A stretch of 63,037 bases of DNA, the filler included, from Basidiobolus ranarum (Eukaryota), in NCBI GenBank assembly GCA_040143965.1. It is 41 parts of 41 records of this genome, joined end to end, with 100 filler letters (N's around TTAATTAATTAA, not from the genome) between each part and the next. Parts side by side here need not be neighbours in the genome. Positions count along the whole stretch, not along the records: positions 49,321 to 50,756 come from JASJQH010005195.1; positions 50,857 to 52,292 come from JASJQH010005196.1; positions 52,393 to 53,828 come from JASJQH010005197.1; positions 53,929 to 55,364 come from JASJQH010005198.1; positions 55,465 to 56,899 come from JASJQH010005199.1; positions 57,000 to 58,434 come from JASJQH010005200.1; positions 58,535 to 59,969 come from JASJQH010005201.1; positions 60,070 to 61,503 come from JASJQH010005202.1; 33 more parts are not named here. The stretch is one strand, 5' to 3'. Every line of letters starts with the position of its first letter. The stretch's first letter is position 1. Positions 49,321-62,499 of the stretch are shown in pieces. A program made the position numbers and the translations under genes. A model generated the notes under the pieces. It had not been told where the DNA came from. It did no database searches and saw nothing but the letters and a program-made list of their open reading frames with translations.

Positions 49321-50122
49321 TGCTGATGCAGACTGGGCTAATGATACAGAAGACCATAAATCCAGAACTGGATATGTGTTTAAGCTAGCAGGTGGGCCAA
49401 TAAGCTGGATTAGCAAGAAACAACAAACTGTTGCATTATCAACTACAGAAGCAGAATATATGGCAAGCTCTATGGCTGTTCAAGAAGCTATATGGCTAAG
49501 GAGTCTTCTCAAGGAACTAGGATATGATCAAGTTAATCCTACCCCAATATATCAAGATAATATTAGTTGTATTAAGATCACCAAAAATCCTGAGCATCAC
49601 TTATGGATGAAACATATTGACATAAGAAATCATTTTATATGAGAGAAAGTTCAAGACAAAGAAGTGAACTTTATTTATCATAATACTGAAAACATGCTTG
49701 CAGATATACTAACAAAACCACTCAAAACTTCAAGCTTTGAGAAGTTAAGAGCAGGAGTAGGTATTAGTGAATATAAGCACAATGCTAAATAAGAATTAAG
49801 GGAAGGTGTTGGATAATTAATCTTTATTCAGCATCATGGTTAACTTTAGTTATGATACATATATCAGAAACAGAAACCAATATATCTATAGCCCCTATAT
49901 TCTAAATAGGAATATCTCTATATCTATACAACAAGTATGTCTTATGATCCCCACTTATCTATTATATTGTATTACACAAACTCCTCAATATCTCAAAGAA
50001 TTGATTCACTTTTCTACCATATAAGTCACCTTATACTCCTAAGAATAAGTAACTAAAACACGCTATCATAAGTTGCTTCTAATACCCAAAGTCTACCCCC
50101 ATTATGTCAAGATCCTGCAGCA
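49321..50122 (+). mobile_element. 3' end of the LTR-D copia element: RNase H, PPT (49798-49806), LTR 49807-50122
   Basis: [46 protein letters not shown], then AAGGGAAGG directly before TGTTGG. Confidence 0.92.
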
Positions 50123-50255
50123 CTTCTAAGTTGGTAAAAATACTCTAAGTAAATTCCAAATGAGAATAATAGCTATTATCTTAGTGAATTATACAATAAG
50201 TAAGTACTAAGCTATAGATGACCATATAGGTGCTTAGGCAATGCTAATTTCAATA
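50123..50255 (-). repeat. LTR-C 5' part interrupted by the LTR-D element
   Basis: Ends GCAATGCTAATTTCAATA. Confidence 0.7.
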
Positions 50256-50856
50256 ATGTTGCATTTGGGTGTCTGACATATGTATCATAATTGAAGCTAA
50301 CTAAGATGTCAAATAAGGATTAACTATCCTGTATTATTAAGCTCTCAAATTAATTAATTCAAAATGGCTTAAATTGATCATTGTTTTTTGACTTTTTCTT
50401 AAAAGGATATAGTAGCCACTATTATATTTCATAGTAAATCATATGATTTTGGTTCATATATCCAGAATATGTGTGGCCTACCTGATATACAATATGAGTA
50501 TGAAAGCCTAGCCTACCAGCTTTACTATAGTCAAAAAATGCTATAAATTTGTAAGTAATGATCCCATGAATTGGATCCAGGTTATGGCTGATTATTATCT
50601 AATCATTGAGGTACTTCTAAATGAGTATGAAATAGTCATAACACTACTTGGAAGCCAACCAGATCAGTTTGATAGCAATATTATTGCCCTAGAATCAAGA
50701 CAAGATCACTAATAATGCATTATGTGTTGAAGTTTATTGGCTTTATCATATATGTTNNNNNNNNNNNNNNNNNNNNNNNNNNNNNNNNNNNNNNNNNNNN
50801 TTAATTAATTAANNNNNNNNNNNNNNNNNNNNNNNNNNNNNNNNNNNNNNNNNNNN

Positions 50857-51400
50857 AAATGGTGCTCAGAAAGAGCTGAAATGTTCCCAGACACATCCTG
50901 ACCAATACTAATTGTGTTCCCAGTATAAAGTACTGTGATATGTAGTTGAAAACAAGCTTTTTCATCAAAAGTAACATCTTGTAACTTAATCAACTTCGGA
51001 ATTTTTGTAACAAGAAGATTTTATGTCTTAGATACATCACATTAACCATGAAATGTGTAGTTACTGCTTTGGGTTCTCTGTTGTACCATATTTGAGCAAA
51101 AATTGGTAATTATTTGGTGCATCCAAAGTTCCTGTGATGAATCACACCAGATTTTGCATTGTAGAGTGTTTCAAATCAAGTGAACTCTGTCGCTTTCTTG
51201 CTGGGTATTTCTTATTGACATGAACTGCAGTGGAAACATATTCAGCTGCATGGTGAAAATTAAGCTATTAATAATGTGAATTAATCAAGCCATCTCCATT
51301 AGGGTGATGTTGGCAAGTTCTACAAAATATTTAGTCCCTCAGATGTGGCATGGCTCACTGATAGCAGATTTTGTGATAAAAGTGTTTAGGAGTCTTGGAA
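50857..51400 (-). mobile_element. Very degenerate copia integrase remnant
   Basis: ELANITLMEMA, AEYVSTAVHVN, HRNFGC, DVTFDEK. Confidence 0.65.
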
Positions 51401-52392
51401 GTGTTTTAGACAAGATTTTGACTTGCAAATTAGACACTTTAGTTTTGATGAATTGAATATGTCCTATTTATAGTTTACTTTGAAATAGAGCTATTAGATG
51501 TGGTTGGATCATAACAAACATGCCTGTTAAGAATGAGTGAAAATTAGTGGTTGTTGAGACAACTTTTGGGAAAATAGTGAAAGTTGGTAAAAGTGAACTA
51601 ATTGATATTTTTATCAATTAGAACAATAAACCAACTTTTTTGAATGGCTAAATTGAGTGCTAAACAATCAGAATATCAATAAACTAACAACCAACTATTG
51701 AGTTGCTATTTACCTAATTTAAACATGTACAACTATATTTGACACATGGGGTGTAGCATCCCACTTTGCTAATTGCTAAGCTGAACTTTGGTATATATTT
51801 AGTACAACCTTGCCCATACCCACTGCATCTAGTGCATAGTCCTGTCCCAAGTAAACAAAGCTTGTTTGGATTGAATTTCAGCCAGAAAACCAATTGTTAT
51901 TCTTTGACATATGCTGGAGAGCTCCTGAGCTAAGATATGATGTTTCAAACTTTTGTTTAGTGCTTACAGACAGGGTAAACAAAAATAGATGGTGGTGATC
52001 AGTGTTGGATAATTTTCTTGGTTGAAAAAATCATTTTTCCACAGTCTAAGCATAAATGGCCTTATTTCTTGTAATACTTGCAAATGACTGATTTCCTATC
52101 AGGGGCACCATTATTGAAGTCTATAGGACTTGTTGCAGCTTCAAAACAAACTAATAAATAATGAGTTGCTATTTAGCTAATTTTAATAATAAGTAAGGAC
52201 TATATAGCATACATAGTTTGGAGAGAAAGCCAAAGGAGAGTAGGCAAAACTTTAATGCTGGTAAGTCTATGGAAGAGTCAGCTAATAGCCTGNNNNNNNN
52301 NNNNNNNNNNNNNNNNNNNNNNNNNNNNNNNNNNNNTTAATTAATTAANNNNNNNNNNNNNNNNNNNNNNNNNNNNNNNNNNNNNNNNNNNN

Positions 52393-53211
52393 GTGTGGGA
52401 TTGATTGAAATTCCATATGGTAATGGACAGAGGGAGCAGCATGTTGCTGTAGCTCAAGTACTGCATTCTGAAGGTCTTGTATCATTGTTGAATGACTCTC
52501 TAACTGTTGACTAGTTTCTTCAGAATGCTGCATTAACTGCACTTTTGTGACGTTATTGTTTGTTGAGGCCTATATAGCAACTTCACAGTTTTTACTTATT
52601 ATTGCATGCAAATCATTATGATGTTCTGCCTGATATTCCATAGTTGTAATAGTTTTATCCAAATTTTCTACAGAGAGATGTTCAATAAGTGTCAAAGTAG
52701 CCATTTTGGAAGTTCATGATCTTGACAGTGTTTCTGTTGAACTTTGCTAATATATTGATTTACTATGAAATTTGAGGATTACAATCTCTTTACTTGCATT
52801 ATCACCAGAAAGGAACACATCTGGTAAATTGACTAATCCTTCATCATTACTTGGGTTAATTTTGAACATGTAATGCCTTCCTAAGTGGATAGTGGATTGT
52901 TGGACTGCTTATCAATCAAGTCCTCTGTTCTTGTTTGTTTTTTTCATTTGTGCTAGCTGACTTTTGCTTGGAAGCTAATTTTGACTTAGACGTATACATT
53001 ACTGCTATCCAAATACAACACTAAACTTCAGGATTTTACCATCAGGAGCCTGGGCAGATTTCAACATACGCACTTGCATCAATTCACCAATTATTCAGTC
53101 CAACATCAACCTTGGGATTTGCTCTAAGCCTAAGGGTATATTGCCAAAGGGGATCAGCTGGAGGCAGATCTTCCCATTAGGCACTATGCACTCACTATTA
53201 TACAACAATCC
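52393..53211. mobile_element. Internally deleted CACTA-like copy (ORF2 5' part - fused at about 52991 to mid-transposase +)
   Basis: ORF2 coiled-coil, then HYCYPNTTLN..FPLGTMHSLL. Confidence 0.8.
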
Positions 53212-53828
53212 TGTTGAAATTAGGTAAATAGCAACTCATTATTTAGTAGTTAGTTTATTCATATTCTGATCATTTGGTACTCAATTCAATAAAACTTAAG
53301 TGTCCAATTCACAAATCCAAATCTTGTGCAAAACACTTCCAAATCCCCTAAACACTTTTATCAGGTTATGAGCCCCAAGTTGGCTGTCAAAGGAATGTCT
53401 ACCAGTGCTATTACCAACGTTTTTGCATCCACAGAGAAGTTTGAAGGTGAAGACTTTGCCCTTTGGAAGTTCAAGATGCAAATGGTGCTTAAAGACAAGG
53501 ACCTTTGGGGATTTGTTACAGGAGAAGAAATAGAGCTAAGGGACCACCAGAAGCTATTCTTGCCTTTCACAAGAAGCAGAGGAAAGCACTCTCTGCACTT
53601 TGTCTACATGTCGGACATTCTCAATTGAGGCACATACAATCGCCAAAAACGTCCAAAATGCGTGGGAAACACTTCAGGGACTATATGGGACTAAAGGTCT
53701 GGCTAATAGGCTATATGTTAGGTGAAAATTGTTCTCAATTCAGAAGAATCCTGATGATTCCATGCTTAATCATATAAATTGGATAAAAACTATGGCAGAT
53801 CAGCTCTCATCCATTGGAGCACCACTAA
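53212..53828 (+). mobile_element. 5' end of a copia element with a short 152-bp LTR-G (53212-53363), PBS 53364-53375 and gag from ATG 53395
   Basis: TGTTG...TTATCA then GGTTATGAGCCC. MSTSAITNVFASTEKFEGEDFALWKFKMQMVLKDKDLWGFVTG. Related LTR remnants end at about 51725 and 52189 (-). Confidence 0.9.
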
Positions 53829-54386
53829 NNNNNNNNNNNNNNNNNNNNNNNNNNNNNNNNNNNNNNNNNNNNTTAATTAATTAANNNNNNNNNNNNNNNN
53901 NNNNNNNNNNNNNNNNNNNNNNNNNNNNTAATTAGTGGAGAAGATATGACTCGCAGTGCTTCAATAACGTTGTTTCTTTGAGTGTTGCACTTCTATTGTT
54001 TGTAGAGCCCAGATATAGAAATGATGCTCCTGTGTAGAACTGGAACACGATAGTAGTGATGACTTGCATCTTTCATCTAATTCACATTCGTCAAATCTCT
54101 AAACTAAGATTGCTACTGTATGAAATATGGTGAACAAGGACGCAGCTATTTCGCTACTTCGATGTAAATGTGGTTCAAGCAGAATACATTCAACTTTATG
54201 CTGTGTATATGAAGTGATTGCTTACAGCTTTTGTGATTGACTAAATGTTAATCCACTGGAAGACAGCTAAAGATCCTTTGGAATCAATAGACTTGCTCCA
54301 TCAGACTTGGGGTTATCCGACCTTGGCTCGATATCAAATGATCAAAATGAGGGTGCTAGTTTGATTCACTCTCTATGATGAGTATA

Positions 54387-54725
54387 TGTTGAAATTAGCA
54401 TTGCCTAAACATCTATATAGTCACATATAGCTTAGTATTTAGTTATCTTATATTTCACTAAGATATTACCCATTATTCTCAACCAGAATTTACTTAGAAT
54501 ATTGACACCAACTTGGAAGTTCTCAGATATATAGATTTTTCAAAGAAGCCCCAAACTTTGCACACATGTTCCCGGGACCTTCCCTAACACATTCTACATG
54601 TTAGTTTGTTTACATCATGACCAAAGTATAAATGTCAACTTTCTACTCAATAAATCAATAAGTGAAAACCACCAATTTCTCTTTTTCTCCAAACCACTTC
54701 CAACAGGCTCCCAAATACTCTAACA
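54387..54725 (+). repeat. LTR-C solo LTR in unique sequence; an older relative lies at about 54890-55199
   Basis: TGTTGAAAT...TAACA, no gag or PPT adjacent. The TSD is not convincing (GTATA vs CTAGA). Confidence 0.85.
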
Positions 54726-55464
54726 CTAGATAGCACCAAATTGAGTTTCATCAATTATAGAATACTTCATCCAGTGTTATATATACAGCACTATCTGGCA
54801 TAATAGCTTGCCATAATGGCATCTAGAGACTCATTTGCCGTTGTACACAGTGAGAGATAGTTTCGTGGTAACGGTAGGTCACTGGCTTTCTTTGGGTAAG
54901 CTGCTGAAAATGACATAACTTAAGCGTATATATAGTCATAAAGCTGGCTATCTAAATTTCACTGTGTTATTGTTCAATGTCTTCATGAGGAACTTGGAAT
55001 ATTTTTACCAACACGGAAGTTGTCAGATTATGTGATTTTCTCAAACTTGCCCAAAAGATCTTAAACTTTGTACTCTGCACGTTAGTTTATCTACTTCTTG
55101 ACAAAGGTATAAATGCCAACTGAATACTCAATAAGTGATAAACCACCAACTTCTCTATTTCTCCAAACCACTTCCAACAACTCCCAAAACACATCAACAT
55201 AAGCAACTAGATATCTGATGCTTAGTATGCAAAGACCTTACAATTTCATTCTGGAGACTACAGGTTTGATATAGTCCCATAGATTTTCAGGAGCTTAAGT
55301 TTACCTGAGAAAAAGTAGTTAAGGCCCGTTGTGAACCATCTGCTAATGCTGTTAAAGTATTTTGNNNNNNNNNNNNNNNNNNNNNNNNNNNNNNNNNNNN
55401 NNNNNNNNTTAATTAATTAANNNNNNNNNNNNNNNNNNNNNNNNNNNNNNNNNNNNNNNNNNNN

Positions 55465-56530
55465 ACTGTCTCTAGAATCTACAGGGCAATGAGGCCCACA
55501 ACCAGGAAAGTGCCCTCCACTGACTAGCTTGCTAATACTTTCTTTTCTAAAGTGCACCATACTACTCCAGCCTTCCATCCTGACTTCAATGACCTGCTAC
55601 TACCACTATATCCCAACCAAGCCAGGATCTTTGATGTTCTCAAGAAGCTTCCCAACTCTACAGCCCCTGGTGTTGACTCTATCTCCTATGAGCTCCTGAA
55701 GACTAACTGCTTTGCAATGTCAGCACTGCTTCTACCTCTGTTCAAGCAGTGCTCTTCCCAGCTTAGTTCTTCCATGGAAAGGTCCTTTGCCAATGTTTTG
55801 CTACTATACAAGGGAAAAGGAAAACACTTGGATCCAAGCTCCTACAGACCTATCTCCCTGCTGTGTTGAAGTTTATTGTCTTTATCATATTTGTTATCTC
55901 TATCTTTATACACCTAACTATTACATATATCACATATTAGTTAGTTAACATTACTTAGTCAAATATCACTTAACTGAAATTTGGAACATATATTATATGT
56001 ATATGTGAATAATGTGAGAATTAGCAATTCCATATTTGAAATTTCAAACTTGTCCAAATTGCTCCAAAGATAGCTCAATTTACTCCCACAAATGTTCTGA
56101 ACACAACCCCAGTGTTTGTTTTCTGTATTTCCACCAAAATGTATCAATGCTTTATTTCTGGACAATAAATAAAAATCTCACAAAGCTATTCACAACTCCA
56201 CATTTGTAAAGTTCCTCCAAACAGCCCATATTTCTCCAATATGCTCCCCACTTGCAGAAAGGTACTTGAGCTGTTGATAGCTCAGGAGCTCTATACTGAT
56301 TCTCTCAAGTTTCACCCAGTTCAGTTTGGCTTTGTCCCAAAGCTCTCCCTGGAATATGCAGCAATACTCAGCCTTGATCACACTTTGCAGTGCAAGTATT
56401 GATCAGTTCTCTTAGATATTACTAAGGCTTTTGATACTGTTGACAGGAATTTACTCTGGAGAATGCTTCAGCAATTTTCTTCACCTTCTCTCACTCTCCT
56501 GGTTTGATCACTCTTTATAGACTCACAAGC
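55465..56530 (+). mobile_element. Non-LTR retrotransposon (LINE) RT fragment, split by solo LTR-B
   Basis: KKLPNSTAPGVDSI, LLYKGKG..DPSSYRPISLL, resuming PTCRKVLE, QFGFVP, LDITKAFDTVDR. Confidence 0.9.
55864..56241 (+). repeat. LTR-B, complete 378-bp solo LTR with 5-bp TSD TGCTG/TGCTC (1 mismatch)
   Basis: Removing it plus one TSD copy restores the LINE frame ISLLPTCRK. Confidence 0.88.
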
Positions 56531-56899
56531 TGTTGTGATTCTGATCTTGGCATACTGATCCACTGCAAATAGAACTCTTCTATTATTAGTTTACAACATC
56601 ATATCTGCTGTGCCATCCCTTCTTGGCAATTTTGTGTTAGTTCATTCAGGTTACCTTATATGGAAGTTATGTACTTTGGAACATTCCATGAAACCTAACC
56701 AATCATGTATATCCCACCCATAGTGTATTTCCCCCAAGACCTTCCATGGAAGGTCACCTGATTGTCCTTACATCATCCCTCCTTGTATTGGTCCCTGTAG
56801 TCCCCAACCCCCCCACACTTGAATTTGCCACAGTATATTCCCTATTCAGTATATTATATTTCACCTTGCAATATCTATATAAGCCCCATGTATTCCTTG
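56531..56899 (+). repeat. LTR-E 5' part inserted in the LINE
   Basis: Aligns to the reverse complement of 12560-12940. Confidence 0.85.
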
Positions 56900-56999
56900 N
56901 NNNNNNNNNNNNNNNNNNNNNNNNNNNNNNNNNNNNNNNNNNNTTAATTAATTAANNNNNNNNNNNNNNNNNNNNNNNNNNNNNNNNNNNNNNNNNNNN

Positions 57000-57312
57000 C
57001 TGTGGCAAGTTCGAGAGTTGGGGTGTTAGGGACTACAAGGACCAATACAAAGAGGGATGATGCAAGAATGATGTAAGGATGATCAGGTGACCTTCCATGG
57101 AAGGTCTTGGCAGAAATACACTATGTGTGGGATGACATGATTGGTTAGGTTTCATGGAATGTTCCAAAGAACATGAATTCCATATAAGGTATTCTGGATG
57201 AACTGACCCCAGATTGCTCAGAAGGGATGGCACAGCAGATGTGATGTCATAATCTAATATTAGAGAAGTTCTATTTGTAGTGGATCAGTATGCCAAGATC
57301 AGAATCATGATA
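57000..57312 (-). repeat. LTR-E 5' part inserted in a gypsy pol
   Basis: Aligns to 12630-12940. Confidence 0.85.
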
Positions 57313-58434
57313 TTACTAATCAAATCACAATTTATTGCAATCATAAGAATCTTCAGTATTTTAGTACAACCAAAGTTCACCACCGTTGTCAAGCAAGATG
57401 GTCATTATTTCTTGCCAGTTTTAATTTTGTGATTACATATTGACCAGGTAGCCAGCAAGGAAAGCCTGATTCCTTATCACCTAGAGCAGAATATCAGCCT
57501 AAAGAAGGGGATGAGGCCTTAGGCCAACAAAATACAACAAAATACATCCTTACTGAAGCCCCACCAACTTCAAATTAGTGCAACTGCCCATTCTCTTCAT
57601 AGTTCAAGCATATTCCATGAAGACATCTGCAGACTCCAATCTGAAGACGCATTGGTAATATCAATCAAGAAAGCTCAGGAAACACCCAAAGACCTCTCTA
57701 GCTTGAACCTGTACCACCATTTCTCTATCATCAATGATCTCTTGTTTTATAAGAAGCGCCTTTACATTCTAGACCACACTTCCAGACTCAAAATCATGCA
57801 GGAAAGACATAACTCACCACTAGCAGGACACTTTGGTGCTGCCAAATCATATATGTTAGCATCCAGGAATTATTGGTGGCCCAAAATGTTTGCATCTGTC
57901 AAGACTTATGTTTCCACCTGTGATACTTGTGCTTGAGTGAAGACTCCAAGACATCAGCCCTATAGCCTCCTAAAGCCACTTCCAATTCCTGATCAGCAGT
58001 GGAAATCCATATCCCTGGAATTCATAACTGATCTACCCATGCCAGCCAAATATGATTCAATTCTGGTAATTGTTAACCACCTGACACAAATGCCCACTTT
58101 GTGCCCTGCAACAAATCAATTGATGCAAAACAAACAGCAGATTGGTAAATCAAAACATCTTCCACCTACATGGACTCCCTGAAACTATCATCTCTGACCA
58201 AGGACCTTGGTTTGCTCCCAAATTCTGGAAAAGTCTCCTCCATTCCTTGGGTATCTCTGCCAATCTCTCCACTGCCTTCCACCCCCAATCTGATGGCCAA
58301 ACAGAAAGAGTCAATCAAGTTTTGGAACAATATTTGCAATGCACTATCAACTCTAATCAGGATAATTGGACACAACTCTTTCCTCTTGCTGAATTTGCTT
58401 ACACCAACTCTTATCATATCTCAACAAAACAAAC
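57313..58434 (+). mobile_element. Ty3/gypsy pol fragment: RNase H end and integrase
   Basis: [77 protein letters not shown]. Confidence 0.93.
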
Positions 58435-58534
58435 NNNNNNNNNNNNNNNNNNNNNNNNNNNNNNNNNNNNNNNNNNNNTTAATTAATTAANNNNNNNNNN
58501 NNNNNNNNNNNNNNNNNNNNNNNNNNNNNNNNNN

Positions 58535-59969
58535 GACTCAGATCTGCCTAAGAACCATTTGGGTGAAGCTATTTTAACAGCTACATATCTCCAAAATAGA
58601 AGTCCAACACATAGCAACCATGACTATAATACTCCTTTTGGAATCTGGACTGGAAACAAGCCTAATCTGAATCACCACAGAATTTTTGGATCAATAGTAT
58701 ATGCTGATATTTCTAAACCTCAGCATACAAAATTGGACAAAAAGGCAATTAAATATATCCTATTAGGATATCAGAACAAAGGCTACTGTCTCCTAGTTGC
58801 TGGCACAAATTAAATCATCAACTCCAGAGATACTAAATTCATTGAAGAAAATCTCAAATCTTCTAATCAAGGGAATTTGATTTTGGCTGAAAATCAATTT
58901 CTCAATAACTCAAATTCTGAGTTAACAAGTTCTGAAACCAATCTTGAGCTAACAAGTACTGAAACCAACTTGGAAAATGATACATTGGAAATAGATACTA
59001 GAGTTAGGCCAAAATTGGAATCTGAAACTATCTATCAACATTATCCATATTTAGAAAATATCAGTTCTGGGACAAGGTTTAAAACATCAGTCACCAATGA
59101 AGATTTGACAAATCTTAAATTATTGTCAATACCTGTGGTGAATATTCCTAGCAGAAAACCAACAAGCAATAATCCTGTCTCAAACTTCACTACAAATATG
59201 GAAACCAAGGAGAACAAACTATTATACAATATTCTGGAATGAAGCAGCTATATGAGTAGTGAAATATTAGGCAGCACTGGAAATGCACCAATTTATACCA
59301 GAAAACCTGATAATAACTCTGAGGATATTGCTAATTTGGAACCAGCTTCTGGATATCAGCATATTATCTCTGCTAATGAGAAATATGGTGATCAGAAAAA
59401 GGACATTTTTCCAGCCAATCAGGACTCAGGAAATTGGGCCCAGAAACAAGGCAATACTTTTCTGACTAATAACATACCTACAAAATATCCTACTCTCAAT
59501 TTGGCTGATATTGGATGCAATCAATTATTGGAAGTATGCAATGAACCACAACAAGTGTTCAATCAGTCATAAAATTCAGGCAATCAGGTCTCAGACATCC
59601 TACCAAGTGGAAATCAGAAACATCCTGTCAGTGAAACATCTGACCATTCTACCAATGACTTTGCATGTCACAAATCAGAGCATAAAATCAACAGTTTCAA
59701 TTCAAAAAAAGGGTGGAATATATCTGCACATATAGCATTTTCTGAACCAGAATATTTGACACAAGCTCTGAAATCTGATGAAGTAACCAAATGGAGAAAA
59801 GCCACTGATGATGAAATCCACTCCCTAATCAAGAATAGCACATGGATCCTTGTGGACTTACCTACTGGAAGAAAAACTATTGGTAATAGATGGGTGCTGA
59901 AACTGAAACTTAACTCAGATAGATCTATCAACCTGTACAAAGCAAGATTTATAGTATAAGGCTATGCTC
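58535..59969 (+). mobile_element. Copia integrase end, long spacer and RT start
   Basis: EAILTATYLQNRSP, TKLDKKAIKYILLGY, TWILVDLPTGRKTIGNRWV, YKARF. Confidence 0.9.
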
Positions 59970-60069
59970 NNNNNNNNNNNNNNNNNNNNNNNNNNNNNNN
60001 NNNNNNNNNNNNNTTAATTAATTAANNNNNNNNNNNNNNNNNNNNNNNNNNNNNNNNNNNNNNNNNNNN

Positions 60070-61503
60070 GTAAGTCTAACATCAAACTTGGTGTTAGCCA
60101 TAAACCTTAGATTATATTGCTAAAGGGGATCAGCTGGAGCCAAAGCTTCCCATTAGGCACTATGCACTTACTATTCAACAACATTTCAATACTACTTACT
60201 CAGCTATATAGTGGAAAATTCAATGGGAATGAGCCATTTGAGATAGAATCAAAGTTTGAATCAATTGGGAAGATGCTTGAAAAAGTCAAGATACCATCAT
60301 ATTTTACCAGGACTCTCATCAATACCCACTTATCTAGGCGTTTATTCAAATGCAAAGACTGGAAGTATTGGATTTGTATATATTCAAGTGGAATTTTGAA
60401 AAGATTTCTGCCTGATAAGTATTAGCAACAATGGGAGTTGTTTGTAGATATTGTTAATATATTCTTAAGGCAATGACTCACATTGGCAGATCTCAGGCAG
60501 ATAGAGCAACTGTGCAAAGATTTTGTAATTGGATATGAAAAACTTTACTACTGGTTTAAAGAAGATAAACTGAATCTATACCAGTATTTGATACATTCCC
60601 TGCTGCATATTTCACAATGCATAGAGACTATAGGCCCTCGCTATACATTCTGCAAGTTCCCAATGGAGTGCACCTGCAGTAAAATGATGCTCTGTGTTAA
60701 ATTGTCAGTATTACTGTATGCTAATCTGATTAAGAGTGTATCAGCTGAATAGTGATTGATGTAATGCAATAGGCTAAGGAGACTCCAGAGTGTATTAACC
60801 TGCCAACAAAGGGCTCTCTTCAACATGCTCATGGGTTTCCACATTGTTTGAGCACAATAACCTCAACAAAGCCCAATCCGTGGACACAGAGTAAGTACCT
60901 CTATCATTGGACTTCATTGCTTGTGTGATAATGTGATGGCACTTTTAGGAAAGCTGCAAGACAGACTTCTTGGTGAGATAGATCAAGATACACAGTATTA
61001 TTGTTTTAGCCATGGCATAATCTATTCCAGCAATGACACATCTACTTGTGGCAGGACATTTGTTGAGTGCAAGTTGGGGATATATTTGCTGAATTCTTTA
61101 CAGAGATTTGCCAAAATCCAAGAGCTTATTCTCATTGTAAATGGTAACAAGAGTCAGTTATTTGCCAAGTGTTGGTGCTATTCAAAATTTCAATTGTTTA
61201 GCAATTTTTCCACCGTTAGTTTGCTGGTAAAGCATATTGATGTTGCTGAGTTATGTCTAATCAGTCAAGTATGTGCATATGTAGAGACTAAACACAACAA
61301 GATTCTTGTATTTTTTGATTCTCATTATGGCTGGAATGCAAAGCCCAAAATATCTAAATAAAGGCATGCATATTAAATCAAATTCCAACAGCAGTAAACC
61401 CAGTCATTTGCCATTCAAAAATTATATTTTTGCAAAAATTGCTAGATACTGAATAATGCATGCCAATTTTAGGATCTATATTTCAACATGTATGAATTCC
61501 ATC
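60070..61503 (+). mobile_element. CACTA-like transposase C-terminal half with a 58-nt intron (60891-60948), stop at 61361
   Basis: GTAAGT...TTTTAG. Splicing joins NPWTQ-R-KLQDRLLGE in frame. Confidence 0.9.
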
Positions 61504-61603
61504 NNNNNNNNNNNNNNNNNNNNNNNNNNNNNNNNNNNNNNNNNNNNTTAATTAATTAANNNNNNNNNNNNNNNNNNNNNNNNNNNNNNNNNNNNNNNNN
61601 NNN

Positions 61604-61764
61604 CTATTTTGCAAGATCTTGAAATTTCACTCCTGAAACTGAAAAACATGATTAATATTATATCTAACTTGACAATTTTATGATGGTAAGTAAACAGTCA
61701 ATCCTAAATGGATGAAAATTGTGACAGTTTTCCTACAACAACTGTCCTCAAATTTCTGTTAGGG
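61604..61764 (-). mobile_element. CACTA-like left end
   Basis: Ends CTCAAATTTCTGTTAGGG at 61764. Confidence 0.9.
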
Positions 61765-62499
61765 TCTCAGGCACATTCAACATCATTCATCACTGTAGCT
61801 AGATAATTCTCACTTGCTCAAAGCTTGGTATGGAGGCTTCTCCCACTTTTACTACTCTTAATAGCTTACTAAAACTTGATTGGACAATAGCTTTTGTAGT
61901 AACAAAACCAAATGTCTAGCTGCTTTCTGGTAGGTATTGGAGTATATGAGCCACAGTATTTCTCAAATATAGCTTCTAGGGTGGTGATAGGAAAGCCAGT
62001 AGTTGCTTTTGGATTAATGAGGAATAACCATTCAGAGTAGATGGAGAGCATGATATTACTCTTGTATTGAGCTGGCAAAATACTGATCAATCTGGCATGC
62101 TTGAGTTATTTATCTAAGAATTTTAATTATTAAGGTAAAACTCCCTACATTTGGTATAATAAATTTTCTGTTTGCCTTTATTATCCTGATTATTTCAATA
62201 ATGTGTAGTTGAATGGAAATTATATAATAAACTGCATCAGCAAAGTTAATCCTAGTTTGATCTAAATAAATTTATTTTGCATACATATTGAAATGGCTCA
62301 AAGCAGAATGCATTATGCTTGATTACCCTGTAGGAAATTAACTTTGACATTGTAACCAATGATATAAAAAGATCTCTAATTTTGATTGAAACAAATATAT
62401 TCTAACATCACAGATATATATGTAAGTTATGAATCATGTAAAAACAGATTTTTCTTGACTTACAACCTACTTTGGTAAAGAAAACCACCACTTCAAATA

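Noticed and set aside
46248..50122. Apparently complete copia element (LTR-D, IN/RT, IN, RNase H, LTR-D)
   Set aside because: It spans three unrelated size-sorted contigs, the domain order is wrong and integrase appears twice.
1447..61603. Regularly spaced TTAATTAATTAA palindromes resembling a repeat array
   Set aside because: They are embedded in N runs with a fixed 100-bp length, so they are an assembly linker. ORFs ending in X..LIN are artefacts of it.
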